This document shows, piece after piece, positions 18,845 through 27,880 of a stretch of 36,806 nt of DNA. This DNA is from a virus. Below the pieces are notes generated by a model, which did no database searches, was not told the DNA's origin, and was given only the letters and a program-made list of their open reading frames with translations. Location of the stretch: IMG/VR virus record IMGVR_UViG_3300045988_135475, positions 1 to 36,806 of that record; one strand, written 5' to 3'. The stretch's first letter is position 1. Each line of letters opens with the position of its first letter. The position numbers and the translations under genes were made by a program.

Positions 18845-21637
18845 GTGATTTGTATATTTAAGAATACTGCAAATAAAAAGCAACTTATAGAAACAAATGG
18901 TGAATATATATTAGATAATATTTGCACTTATGGAATGATAACAGAAGGATTAAATGATGAATTTACTTTAGAAATTGACTTTGAAATATTAGCACCTGTA
19001 AAGAAAGAACTTTATGATCTAATCACAGAAGAAGGAATTTTAAAAGTAGAAGATGAGTACGGGGACGAGTTTTTTGTTATTAGTGAGATTTATAAAACTA
19101 GCGATAGTATTAGAGCAATTGCAAGACAAATAACTATAGCAGAAACATTAGATTTATTCTTAGAAGATGTTAGACCGGAAAATCAAAATGGTGCTGGAGC
19201 ATTAACACATATATTTTCTAACACTACCTGTACGCATGAAATAGTAGTTAATAGTGATATACAAACAATAAGTACGGCTTACTACAATAGAAAAACTGTA
19301 TATGAAGCATTACATGATAGTGACATGGCATTCCAAGAAAGATGGGGTGGCGAAGTGTACAGGAGACAATTTAATTTGCATATTAATAATAAAGTAGGTT
19401 CTTATAGAGGAGTTAAGATTAAAAGTAATAAAAACTTAACAGGCTTTGAAGAAAATACAACTAAAGATACTGTTTGCACTAGAATATATCCTAAAGGGTT
19501 TAATGGTATAACAATAGAGGAAAAGTATATAGATAGTGAAAATATAGGAATGTACAAAAGACCTATATCAAGAGTTTATACTTTTGAAGATGTAAAGGTA
19601 AGGGATGAAAATACTGGTGAAGATGAAGAAGTATTTGAAACTTTAGAAGAAGCACAAGAAGAATTAAAGGAAAGGGCAAAAGCTTTATTTGAAGAGGATA
19701 AAGTTGATTTAATAAAAGCTTACTATACTATAAATCATGTTGATTTAAGGACAACAGAAGAATATAAGAATTATTCGGCTACAGAAATGACTTGTATAGG
19801 TGATGAAGTAGATGTTGAGGAAGAAACTTTAGGTATTGATATTAGAACTAGAGTAGTAAAGAGGAAATATAACATACTTACTAAGGAAAGGGAAGAAACT
19901 GAATTAAGTAATGTTGGACTTAAGAGAGTTATTACTTTACCAGACTTAGAAAAAGAAATTGAAAAAATACCAAGTACAGAAAGTTTTCTTGAAGCAGCTA
20001 AAGAAATAGCAACAGGATTAATAAATGCAGGTATTAAAAATTCTCATGTTGTAGTTAGAAAAAATGAAATTTTAATAATGGATACTGATGATATTAATAC
20101 GGCTCAAAAGGTTTGGAGATTTAATGTTAATGGATTAGGTTATTCCAGTACAGGTTACTATGGAGAATTTGGACTTGCTATGACAATGGACGGTTCAATT
20201 GTAGCTGATTTTATTAATGTAGGTATTTTAAATGCTAATTTAATTAAAACAGGAACTATTATGAGTGCTAATGGGAATTTATCAATTAACATTGATGAGG
20301 ATTTTTTTGAGGTAACTCATACAGGTGGGAATACTCGTACTCGAATAGATGCAGAGGGGTTTTATATCCTAGATGAAAATAACGAAACTATAGCTTCATT
20401 ATCAAGCAAAGAATCATGGACTGAATTAAAAGCGGATAAAGTATTTGCTAAAAATATTGAAAATGTGTATATAGGGGATTCTAATTTATATGTAGACCAT
20501 AATTCAAATAATATTATACGAAATGGTTCAATAGACTATCCATTCACAGATTTTAATCAATTACGAGAGTATGTGCAGTCTATGCCTATAATAAATAAAG
20601 ATTTATTTATTTATGTAGTTACAGAAGGAGTAGTTAATGATCTTTTTTATTTAACAGGATTAAGTGGTAATGGGAAAGTTGATATAAGATTTAATAATAA
20701 ATTTATTCTTAAAACTGAAAATGATTATGGTGTAGTATTAAGAAATATATCAAATTGGGTATCAGTTTACGGTGGTAGAACGAGTTATCAAAGCAAAGAT
20801 GGGTTTATGATGCAAGCTACAAATGGAATTGAAGTAATAAATTGTTCAAAGTTTGAATTATCATCGTTATTAACAGACACGTCTGCATATGGAATTCATG
20901 TCCAAGATTCACATGGGAAAATGGATAATATAGATTTTTGTAAAGCTTATTCTGCTTTGGGTGTTAGAGGTGGTCAAGTATGGTTATCCGGTAGTTGTAG
21001 AGGTAGTAATACTAAAGCAGTAAGGGCATTTGAAGGTACTTTAGTAACTATAGGGGAAAATGATAGTAACAGTATAAGGCAACAAGGTATATTGGAGGAA
21101 GTTAGTGGAACTATAAAAGAAATTAGTACAATAGTTGAAACTGCGAGTACAGTTTATGCTCCAGTTATACCACCAACTATAAATACTTATAAAGACTTTT
21201 CGATAACATCTATGGCTACTTATCAATATTTATGGAGTAATTGGAAAGTAGGAGAATGTAAAAGTGGTGTTTATGGTAGTTATGGTGATAAAGCAGGACA
21301 CCTATTCTTTGATTTATCAGCTATAAGAAGCTTTTTAAATGGAGGAACTGTTCTAGATGGAGCTACAATTACATTAACCAGAGCAAATTCAGGTGGTTCT
21401 AGTAGCGGAGTGAAGATTTACGTAGGTGGTTCTAGTTGTAATGGTGCAAGTGGTACACCGTCATATTACAATAAGACTTATGTCGGAACTTTATCCTGGG
21501 GACAAACTAATACTTTTACTCTATCAAAATCTATTGTAGATGGTATTAAAAATGGCACAATAAATAGTATTACAACTCACGGAAGTGATTATAGTAATAT
21601 AACTGCTTGTAGCATTAATTTAAAAATAAATAAATAA
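18845..21637 (+). CDS. tail-associated protein Tal (baseplate/fibre, prophage tail endopeptidase-like N-terminus)
   Basis: 930-aa ORF after Dit; position and size. Confidence 0.55.
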   Translation: MICIFKNTANKKQLIETNGEYILDNICTYGMITEGLNDEFTLEIDFEILAPVKKELYDLITEEGILKVEDEYGDEFFVISEIYKTSDSIRAIARQITIAETLDLFLEDVRPENQNGAGALTHIFSNTTCTHEIVVNSDIQTISTAYYNRKTVYEALHDSDMAFQERWGGEVYRRQFNLHINNKVGSYRGVKIKSNKNLTGFEENTTKDTVCTRIYPKGFNGITIEEKYIDSENIGMYKRPISRVYTFEDVKVRDENTGEDEEVFETLEEAQEELKERAKALFEEDKVDLIKAYYTINHVDLRTTEEYKNYSATEMTCIGDEVDVEEETLGIDIRTRVVKRKYNILTKEREETELSNVGLKRVITLPDLEKEIEKIPSTESFLEAAKEIATGLINAGIKNSHVVVRKNEILIMDTDDINTAQKVWRFNVNGLGYSSTGYYGEFGLAMTMDGSIVADFINVGILNANLIKTGTIMSANGNLSINIDEDFFEVTHTGGNTRTRIDAEGFYILDENNETIASLSSKESWTELKADKVFAKNIENVYIGDSNLYVDHNSNNIIRNGSIDYPFTDFNQLREYVQSMPIINKDLFIYVVTEGVVNDLFYLTGLSGNGKVDIRFNNKFILKTENDYGVVLRNISNWVSVYGGRTSYQSKDGFMMQATNGIEVINCSKFELSSLLTDTSAYGIHVQDSHGKMDNIDFCKAYSALGVRGGQVWLSGSCRGSNTKAVRAFEGTLVTIGENDSNSIRQQGILEEVSGTIKEISTIVETASTVYAPVIPPTINTYKDFSITSMATYQYLWSNWKVGECKSGVYGSYGDKAGHLFFDLSAIRSFLNGGTVLDGATITLTRANSGGSSSGVKIYVGGSSCNGASGTPSYYNKTYVGTLSWGQTNTFTLSKSIVDGIKNGTINSITTHGSDYSNITACSINLKINK

Positions 21638-21651
21638 GAAGGTGATGTAAA

Positions 21652-21876
21652 ATGAATATAAAAAATGATACTAGAACAGAAAAGAAATTAACAATAACAG
21701 AAACCGATATTATTAATGGTGGTGAGGTTTTAATATTAATTGCATACGCAATTAAAGAGAATAATGAGTTATATAGTTATCCTTCACCTCAAGTTTTCAA
21801 TGAAGAAATATATTTGAAAAATAAAGAAGCTTATGATAAAGCAGTTAAAGATTTTAGAGTTAATTGTGAGGTGTAA
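21652..21876 (+). CDS. hypothetical protein
   Basis: 74-aa ORF. Confidence 0.35.
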   Translation: MNIKNDTRTEKKLTITETDIINGGEVLILIAYAIKENNELYSYPSPQVFNEEIYLKNKEAYDKAVKDFRVNCEV

Positions 21877-21878
21877 TA

Positions 21879-24002
21879 ATGATAACTAAAGTAATTAAAT
21901 TAGATATTAATAAAAAAATGTTTGAAACTATAACTGCAAAGCAAGGAGATACAAAAAGTAGATTTATTCTATTTAATTTATATGATGGACCTATACAATT
22001 TGATTTAACAGGCAGAACAGTTAGAGTGTATGGGAAAAAGAAAGATAATACAACAATATTTAATGATCTTGTAATAACTGATGCAAAAAAGGGTTATTGT
22101 ACATTAGAATTAACTAATCAAATGTTAGCAGTAGAGGGAATGAATGAATTAGAGTTAGTTATATTTGAAGGTGAAAAAAGATTAAGCACAATGCCATTTA
22201 TACTTAATGTAATAGGCTCAAAATATTCAGAAGATGCTATTGTAAGCACTAATGAATTTACTGCATTAATGAACGCATTGAAAACTGTAAGCAATATAGA
22301 TAATAAAGCAGAGAAAAAAGATGTAGAAGAACTTAGTTCGCAATTGGAAACTAAGGCGAATGATACTGATTTAAAAGTATTAGAAACTAGAATGGATACT
22401 TTTACTTCTTTAAAAGAAGATAGTACAACTGGCGATGCTGAATTAATTGACAGTAGATTAGATAGTAGTGGAAATGTATTTGATAACGTTGGTAAGAATA
22501 TTAGAAATATAGATTATATGTTGAAATCTATATTCAAACATACAGAAATAATAAATGAAACAATAACAACACAATCTAAAAGTTTATATTATAATTTCAA
22601 AATCGGTAAATATTATAAAATATCAATAACATGCCCTGCGACATATTCTTTTAGTTTTAAAAAAAGTGGTAAATTAAATACTATTATTTCAAATAAAACT
22701 AAAAATACCGAAGGTTTATATTTTTATTGTGACAAAGCATATACAGAAGTTATAACATATTCAAATCCTACAAGTGAATTAAAGTTAATCATTTCAGAAC
22801 TTTCAATAGATAATTCTAATATTAATCTATTGAATAATATAGATGAAAATAGTTTAGCTAATTTAGATAATGTAAGCAGAATTTTTATAAGCAGAGAATT
22901 ATTAAATTTTAAATTTACATCTTCACCTAATACACAAAAATGTGAGTTTAAAAAAGGTGTAAAGTATAAGTTTAATGTAAATAGCAATGATATTACTTAT
23001 TCAATATCGCTTTTACCAAGCTATCCTTCTGTAACAGGATATATACCTATAATACCTAATACAAATCAATCTAAAAATGATTTTGAATATATCCCCGAAC
23101 AAGATTTTACTGGTATTATGGTGTGGAATTCGACACCAGCGAGTGGAACAATAGATGTTCAAATAACAACTGATTCCGTTGATGGTAAATTGGTATATGA
23201 AGAAATTGAAAGTGAACTTAAAAATATATACTCTGCCTATTTCGGTGATTCAATCACAAGTGATGATGTAACAGGAATAGGAACTAGAGTAGCTGAGATA
23301 CTTGGGTGTAAGTTGACAGGAAACTTTGCGATAGGAGCTAGCACATGTTCTGATTTTCATAATAATGATACTAATTTAAGTGAAGTTAATTTATCAAGAC
23401 CTTCTAATACTTATGCAAGTATAAATGTACTTTCTAATCAAGTTAGAAGATGTTTACAATATACTACAGCAGCGGAAAGTCAAATAATTTGGAAACATAA
23501 ACTAGATGGAAGTTTTAATATAGATACGGCAAAGGGTGTTGGTCTTGGAAATACAGATAAGATACCTAATTTTATTTATATTGCAATAGGTACAAACGAT
23601 GGTATAGATTCAAAAACAGAAGTTGTTGATGATACTTCAACTGTATTTAGTCAAACATATTCACAATTAACTAGACTAAGCCTAGCTAGTGCATTAAGGT
23701 GGGCAATAGAAACTTTACAATGTGCTTATCCAAAAGCAAAAATATTTGTCGCTTCACCATTACAAACATCGAGGACAGAAGGGAATTTTTCTTATAATTC
23801 CAACTTACAAAAAAGAAATATAATAGAAAAGGTTTGTCAATTCTGTAGCGTTGAGTTTATTGATTCATTCAGTAGAAGTGGATATTCAACATTTAGAGCA
23901 AATGATAATGGTGATGGAATACATCCAGGAGCAGACTGGAAAGAAAGAATAGCTCAATTTATAGCAAATGAAATAAGAAATAAATATGTAGTTAATTCGT
24001 AA
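21879..24002 (+). CDS. receptor-binding / baseplate upper protein (BppU-like N-terminus) with C-terminal SGNH (GDSL) hydrolase domain
   Basis: C-terminus: FGDSITSDD (block I), IAIGTNDG (block III), DGDGIHPG (block V D..H); N-terminus resembles BppU_N. Confidence 0.6.
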   Translation: MITKVIKLDINKKMFETITAKQGDTKSRFILFNLYDGPIQFDLTGRTVRVYGKKKDNTTIFNDLVITDAKKGYCTLELTNQMLAVEGMNELELVIFEGEKRLSTMPFILNVIGSKYSEDAIVSTNEFTALMNALKTVSNIDNKAEKKDVEELSSQLETKANDTDLKVLETRMDTFTSLKEDSTTGDAELIDSRLDSSGNVFDNVGKNIRNIDYMLKSIFKHTEIINETITTQSKSLYYNFKIGKYYKISITCPATYSFSFKKSGKLNTIISNKTKNTEGLYFYCDKAYTEVITYSNPTSELKLIISELSIDNSNINLLNNIDENSLANLDNVSRIFISRELLNFKFTSSPNTQKCEFKKGVKYKFNVNSNDITYSISLLPSYPSVTGYIPIIPNTNQSKNDFEYIPEQDFTGIMVWNSTPASGTIDVQITTDSVDGKLVYEEIESELKNIYSAYFGDSITSDDVTGIGTRVAEILGCKLTGNFAIGASTCSDFHNNDTNLSEVNLSRPSNTYASINVLSNQVRRCLQYTTAAESQIIWKHKLDGSFNIDTAKGVGLGNTDKIPNFIYIAIGTNDGIDSKTEVVDDTSTVFSQTYSQLTRLSLASALRWAIETLQCAYPKAKIFVASPLQTSRTEGNFSYNSNLQKRNIIEKVCQFCSVEFIDSFSRSGYSTFRANDNGDGIHPGADWKERIAQFIANEIRNKYVVNS

Positions 24003-24034
24003 TTGATTAAAAGTGCGAAGTAAATAAGATTAAA

Positions 24035-24066
24035 GCTTACATGTAATATGTAGGCTTTTTTTATTG
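24035..24066 (+). terminator. rho-independent terminator
   Basis: GCTTACAT gtaat ATGTAGGC followed by a 9-T run. Confidence 0.55.
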
Positions 24067-24084
24067 GAACTTTTTTGGTTATAT

Positions 24085-24094
24085 AAGTCGATAT
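24085..24094 (+). promoter_or_regulatory. AAGTCGATAT motif copy 4, 27 nt upstream of holin ATG, followed by TATAAA
   Basis: AAGTCGATATAAATAATAGGAAAGGAG...ATG. Confidence 0.4.
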
Positions 24095-24120
24095 AAATAA
24101 TAGGAAAGGAGTTGTAAAAA

Positions 24121-24543
24121 ATGGATAATTTATTGAACTATTTAAAAGGAGTTGTGGCAATAGTGGGAACTGCATTAACTTGGCTATTTGGTGCTTGGGA
24201 TACTGCATTGATGGTACTGGTGTGTTTCATGGCATTAGATTATTGTACAGGAGTAATAAGAGCCTTTATAAATAAGGAAGTATCAAGTGATATAGGACTT
24301 AAAGGAATAGCAAGAAAAGCAGTTATATTGATAGTTCTTATAGTTGCAGTATTATTGGACAGGCTATTAAATACAGGGACATGGGTATTTAGAACTATTG
24401 TATGTTATTTTTACATAGCAAATGAGGGAATAAGTTTATTGGAGAATTGCTCTGGATTAGGGTTACCTGTACCGGAATCTATACAAAATGCTTTAATTCA
24501 GCTTAAAGATGGGGAAAAGAAAGAATTAAATAAAGCAGAGTAA
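24121..24543 (+). CDS. holin (TcdE/UviB-like toxin-secretion/phage-lysis holin family)
   Basis: Three hydrophobic helices; LNYLKG..AIVGTALTWLFGAWD..LMVLVCFMALDYCTG is typical of the clostridial holin_4_1 family. Confidence 0.8.
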   Translation: MDNLLNYLKGVVAIVGTALTWLFGAWDTALMVLVCFMALDYCTGVIRAFINKEVSSDIGLKGIARKAVILIVLIVAVLLDRLLNTGTWVFRTIVCYFYIANEGISLLENCSGLGLPVPESIQNALIQLKDGEKKELNKAE

Positions 24544-24586
24544 TTTATCTTAAGAAATAAGTTGTGAAGAAAGAAGGAATGCAAAA

Positions 24587-25399
24587 ATGAATATTATAGA
24601 AACAAATTTAAACTTTGGGAATTTATCAAACTTAGGGGTAGTAAAAAGAATCATTTGTCATAATGCAGATGCATCAACATGTTCTATTGAAGATATAGAT
24701 AGATGGCATAAAAATAATGGATGGGCTGGTTGTGGATATCATTTCTATATTAGAAAAGATGGAACTATTTATAGAGGTAGACCAGAAAATAAGTTAGGAG
24801 CTCATACTTCTAACAATAATACAGGAAGCCTAGGAGTCTGCTTTGAAGGTAAATATAATACAGAAACAATGCCAGAAGCACAATTAAAGGCAGGACAAGA
24901 ATTAATTAAACATTTATTAGATAAGTATAAACTTAATAAATCTAATATATATAAGCATAAAGATTTTAATAATACAGATTGTCCCGGACATAATTTCCCT
25001 TGGACTAATATTATAAATGGAATAGATGGAGTAACTATTGATAATGTGACAGTTATTGAAACTCCAGCTAATAATATTAATGATACTGTAAAAGGTGATG
25101 ATTGGATCAGAAGATTACAACAAGAATGTAATAATCAAGGTTTTTCGAAACAAGTTGTAGATGGAATACCAGGACCAGCAACTTTAGCTGGATGTCCTAC
25201 TTTAAAGAAAGGAGCTCAAGGGAATATAACTAAGTTGCTTCAAGAGAAGTTAGTTAAACTGGGCTACAATACAAATGGAGTAGATGGAATATTTGGTAGT
25301 GGTACTCATTCAGCGGTAAGAGAATTTCAAAAAACTAGAGGACTTGCAGTAGATGGAATAGTAGGTCAAAATACTTGGAGAAAATTATTAAATATGTAA
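24587..25399 (+). CDS. endolysin: N-acetylmuramoyl-L-alanine amidase (Amidase_2/PGRP) with C-terminal peptidoglycan-binding repeats
   Basis: ICHNADAS..GCGYHFYI..AHTSNNN..DCPGHNFPW; two PG_binding_1-like repeats (DGIPGPAT, DGIFGSGTHSAVREFQ...DGIVGQNTWRKL). Confidence 0.85.
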   Translation: MNIIETNLNFGNLSNLGVVKRIICHNADASTCSIEDIDRWHKNNGWAGCGYHFYIRKDGTIYRGRPENKLGAHTSNNNTGSLGVCFEGKYNTETMPEAQLKAGQELIKHLLDKYKLNKSNIYKHKDFNNTDCPGHNFPWTNIINGIDGVTIDNVTVIETPANNINDTVKGDDWIRRLQQECNNQGFSKQVVDGIPGPATLAGCPTLKKGAQGNITKLLQEKLVKLGYNTNGVDGIFGSGTHSAVREFQKTRGLAVDGIVGQNTWRKLLNM

Positions 25400-25403
25400 T
25401 GGT

Positions 25404-25443
25404 AAATACTAGGTACTTAATTAGGTATCTAGTATTTTTTTTA
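25404..25443 (+). terminator. rho-independent terminator after the endolysin gene
   Basis: AATACTAGGTAC ttaatta GGTATCTAGTATT followed by TTTTTTTT. Confidence 0.5.
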
Positions 25444-25507
25444 AAAGGAATTTTTATACTTATGTAGAATTATATTATAGAATTGTTTTAAAGGGGGATA
25501 ACTACAT

Positions 25508-25666
25508 ATGATATGTCATAAATGTGATAGACAAGTAAATGGAAAGAAGAAGTTTAACTGGTTAATATTCTTACTATTAGTGTTTACAGGCTTTGGGTGG
25601 GCATTGTATTTACTATATTATTTCATTAAAAGACCTAAATGTGAATTATGTGGGTGTAAACTGTAG
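25508..25666 (+). CDS. small membrane protein with split zinc ribbon (CxxC - TM helix - CxxC), 52 aa
   Basis: CHKCDRQ...WLIFLLLVFTGFGWALYLLYYFI...CELCGC; GGGGG RBS; below track cutoff. Confidence 0.35.
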   Translation: MICHKCDRQVNGKKKFNWLIFLLLVFTGFGWALYLLYYFIKRPKCELCGCKL

Positions 25667-25739
25667 GGGAGCTTTAAGCTTCTCTTTTTTTATTGCTTTT
25701 ATTTCCGAAAAGGAAAATTAAGAAGAATTTAAAAAAATA

Positions 25740-25754
25740 ATTCCAAAATGGAAT
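25740..25754. promoter_or_regulatory. Operator-like inverted repeat ATTCCA-AAA-TGGAAT about 75 nt upstream of parM
   Basis: 19-mer ATTCCAAAATGGAATAATA identical to 30040-30058; same half-sites as the cI/cro operators. Confidence 0.55.
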
Positions 25755-25830
25755 AATAAAAGTTTTTTAATAATAGTATATAACAAAGAGATGAAAATCA
25801 TTAAAAATTAATTATTAGGAGGTAAAAGTA

Positions 25831-26721
25831 ATGATTATTGGAGTAGATTTAGGTAATTATGCAGTAAAAACAAGCACAGGAGTACATTTTTTAAGTAAAT
25901 TCATTGAAAGTAACGGATTTTACGGGAATGAGATTATTTATGATGATAAAGCGATAGTAGTAGGGGAGGGGGAATTTCAAACTGATTATAAGAAGAGTAT
26001 GAAAGAGAATACATTGCCATTACTATATAGTGCATTAGCTTTAAGTAATAAAGATGAACAATGTTTTCAAGTTGTATTAGGATTGCCTATACAACAATAT
26101 AAGAATAATAAAGCTGAACTAATAAACTTAATTGAAGATAATAGAGCAAAGACAGTAGAGGTTGATGGAAAGAAAAGAGATATATTCATAACAGATATAA
26201 CTATAGCACCAGAGGGTGCAAGTGCTTATTACAATTTAAGTAAAGAAAATAAGGCGGCTATAGGCAAGAAACAGTTAGTAATAGTTGATATAGGCGGAAG
26301 AACGACGGATGTTTGCTTATTTAAAGATAAAAAAATAAAGCAATATAAGACAGTACCAGGAGGTATGCTTAATATTTATAACGATATTGTTACAACTATA
26401 AATGAAGTATATAGTCAAAACTTCACTCTTGAAGATGGAGAAGAGGTGTTAAAAGAAGGTTTATTCTTAGATGGTGAATATAAAGATGTAAGTTTTATAA
26501 AAACTATTTTAAAAAGACAGTTCGATAGCATATTTAAGGAATTGCAATTAAATTTTAATGTTGATAAGGGGTATTTACTTCTTACAGGTGGTGGAGCTTC
26601 TACATTTAAAAAAGCATTTAAAAAAAGACTTAATAATGTAATAGTTAGTAAGGATAATGTTTTTGATAATGTAAAAGGATTTGTAAAGGTTGGTGAGCAA
26701 TTATGGCTAAACAACAAATAA
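25831..26721 (+). CDS. parM: actin-like segregation ATPase ParM/StbA family
   Basis: MIIGVDLGNYAVK (phosphate-1) and VIVDIGGRTTDV (phosphate-2) actin-fold motifs; LLLTGGGAS adenosine motif; AGGAGG RBS. Confidence 0.75.
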   Translation: MIIGVDLGNYAVKTSTGVHFLSKFIESNGFYGNEIIYDDKAIVVGEGEFQTDYKKSMKENTLPLLYSALALSNKDEQCFQVVLGLPIQQYKNNKAELINLIEDNRAKTVEVDGKKRDIFITDITIAPEGASAYYNLSKENKAAIGKKQLVIVDIGGRTTDVCLFKDKKIKQYKTVPGGMLNIYNDIVTTINEVYSQNFTLEDGEEVLKEGLFLDGEYKDVSFIKTILKRQFDSIFKELQLNFNVDKGYLLLTGGGASTFKKAFKKRLNNVIVSKDNVFDNVKGFVKVGEQLWLNNK

Positions 26722-26939
26722 GCATTAGCTTTAAAAATAATACTAAAGAAACTGAATTGTTTAGGATCATTAACTCTATAGAGGATAAGGCTGGAGAAAT
26801 TAAACCTATACTATATAAATATTTTGTGCTTGGATATAGATTTGCTGAAGAAAATGCAAGCAAGGGACAAGTGAATATTCAAATTAATAATGAAGTTGAT
26901 GAATATGAAGATGATGGGGTAGATGTAACTGATTTTTAA
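26703..26939 (+). CDS. parR: ParR-like small DNA-binding adaptor (putative ribbon-helix-helix)
   Basis: 78-aa ORF overlapping the parM end; N-terminal ISISFK beta strand + helix, acidic C-terminus. Confidence 0.4.
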   Translation: MAKQQISISFKNNTKETELFRIINSIEDKAGEIKPILYKYFVLGYRFAEENASKGQVNIQINNEVDEYEDDGVDVTDF

Positions 26940-27050
26940 TATGGTGGTACTACCACACTATTAGAATTTAGATAGTACAAGCTAATATGGTGGTAATGTG
27001 GTGGTAATTAACAAAAAATAGCCGATAAATGGTCGGTAACATATCGGTAG
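26940..27050. repeat. Candidate centromere/operator repeats: TGGTGGTA x3 incl. palindrome TGGTGGTACTACCACA, plus CCGATA..TATCGG inverted repeat
   Basis: ATGGTGGTA at 26941, 26986, 26997; CCGATAAATGGTCGGTAACATATCGG at 27022-27047. Confidence 0.5.
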
Positions 27051-27070
27051 AGTAGGGGAGAGGTTAGGTT

Positions 27071-27274
27071 ATGTTTGGAATAAAAGAGAAGAGTATAACA
27101 GGAAGAAAGAGTGAAGAGGAATTAAAAGTACACAGAATAACTGTACAGGTAAGTGCTAAGGAGAAAGAAAAGTTAAGAGTTCTTGCAAATAATAGAGGAA
27201 TGAGTATAAGTGATTACATTAGATATTTTTGTATTCATAAACCTTTTGCCAATAGATTTGAGGAGGACGAATAA
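27071..27274 (+). CDS. ribbon-helix-helix (CopG/MetJ-like) DNA-binding protein
   Basis: HRITVQVSAKEKEKLRVLANNRGMSISDYIRY fits the RHH beta-alpha-alpha pattern. Confidence 0.5.
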   Translation: MFGIKEKSITGRKSEEELKVHRITVQVSAKEKEKLRVLANNRGMSISDYIRYFCIHKPFANRFEEDE

Positions 27275-27278
27275 TAAA

Positions 27279-27614
27279 ATGTATGTTGATTTAAATTGTA
27301 TAGTTGAGCCAATAGCAACTTTAATATCATTAACATTCATATCTGGGCTTATAGCAATTACTATTTATAAACTTATTCAGAGTTGGGATTATGGAAAGGA
27401 AAAATATGAACTTAGAGAGCAAGAAGCTTTAAAGCAAAAGAGATTAGAAAATCTTAAATTAGAAAATTTAGAAGTAAACTTAACAGATGAAGATTTAGAA
27501 TTGTTAAAACTAATGAGTGGAAATAATTCAACTGTAAAAGGAACTTTAAGAAAGGCTTTAAGGGAGCATTTAGGTGATTTAAATAATTTTGAAAGATTAG
27601 AAGTGTACAAGTAA
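27279..27614 (+). CDS. small membrane protein with N-terminal TM helix and C-terminal coiled coil (alternative GTG start at 27210)
   Basis: GAGGAGG RBS; IATLISLTFISGLIAITIY TM segment, then heptad-like EQEALKQKRLENLKLENLEV. Confidence 0.45.
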   Translation: MYVDLNCIVEPIATLISLTFISGLIAITIYKLIQSWDYGKEKYELREQEALKQKRLENLKLENLEVNLTDEDLELLKLMSGNNSTVKGTLRKALREHLGDLNNFERLEVYK

Positions 27615-27643
27615 TAGTATTTAGTATTATATATTTTACTGAC

Positions 27644-27685
27644 ATTTTACTGACATTTTGAGGTTTTACTGACAGTATAGAAAAT
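27644..27685 (+). repeat. attP arm-type repeats TTTTACTGACAT x3
   Basis: Copies at 27644, 27656, 27674. Confidence 0.7.
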
Positions 27686-27726
27686 AAAAATAAACCGCTG
27701 ACACTAGTAATATCAACGGTTTGAAG

Positions 27727-27775
27727 TGGCACACCTAGTCGGATTCGAACCGACGACTTTTGGATTCGAAGTCCG
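27727..27775 (-). other. attP core: 3' portion (anticodon stem-loop to CCA) of a tRNA gene, tentatively tRNA-Arg (anticodon TCG)
   Basis: Minus strand reads GGA-CUUCGAA-UCC, AAGUC, GUCGG-UUCGAAU-CCGAC, UAGGUGU-G-CCA: T-arm, 7-nt acceptor 3' strand, discriminator, CCA; pairing breaks 5' of the anticodon stem. Confidence 0.65.
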
Positions 27776-27880
27776 TTATCAGTTTGTCCTTTTAGTATTT
27801 TTACAGGACAAGTGGTGTTATAAAGTCGCTTATTTTATAGCTTATAAGCATTGTTTGTCCCATATTATACTTTGTAAAAT

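Noticed and set aside
27727-27775. Complete tRNA gene
   Set aside because: Only the 3' part (anticodon stem-loop to CCA) folds. The D-arm and 5' acceptor strand are absent and anticodon-stem pairing breaks after 3 bp. Interpreted as attP core, not a functional tRNA.
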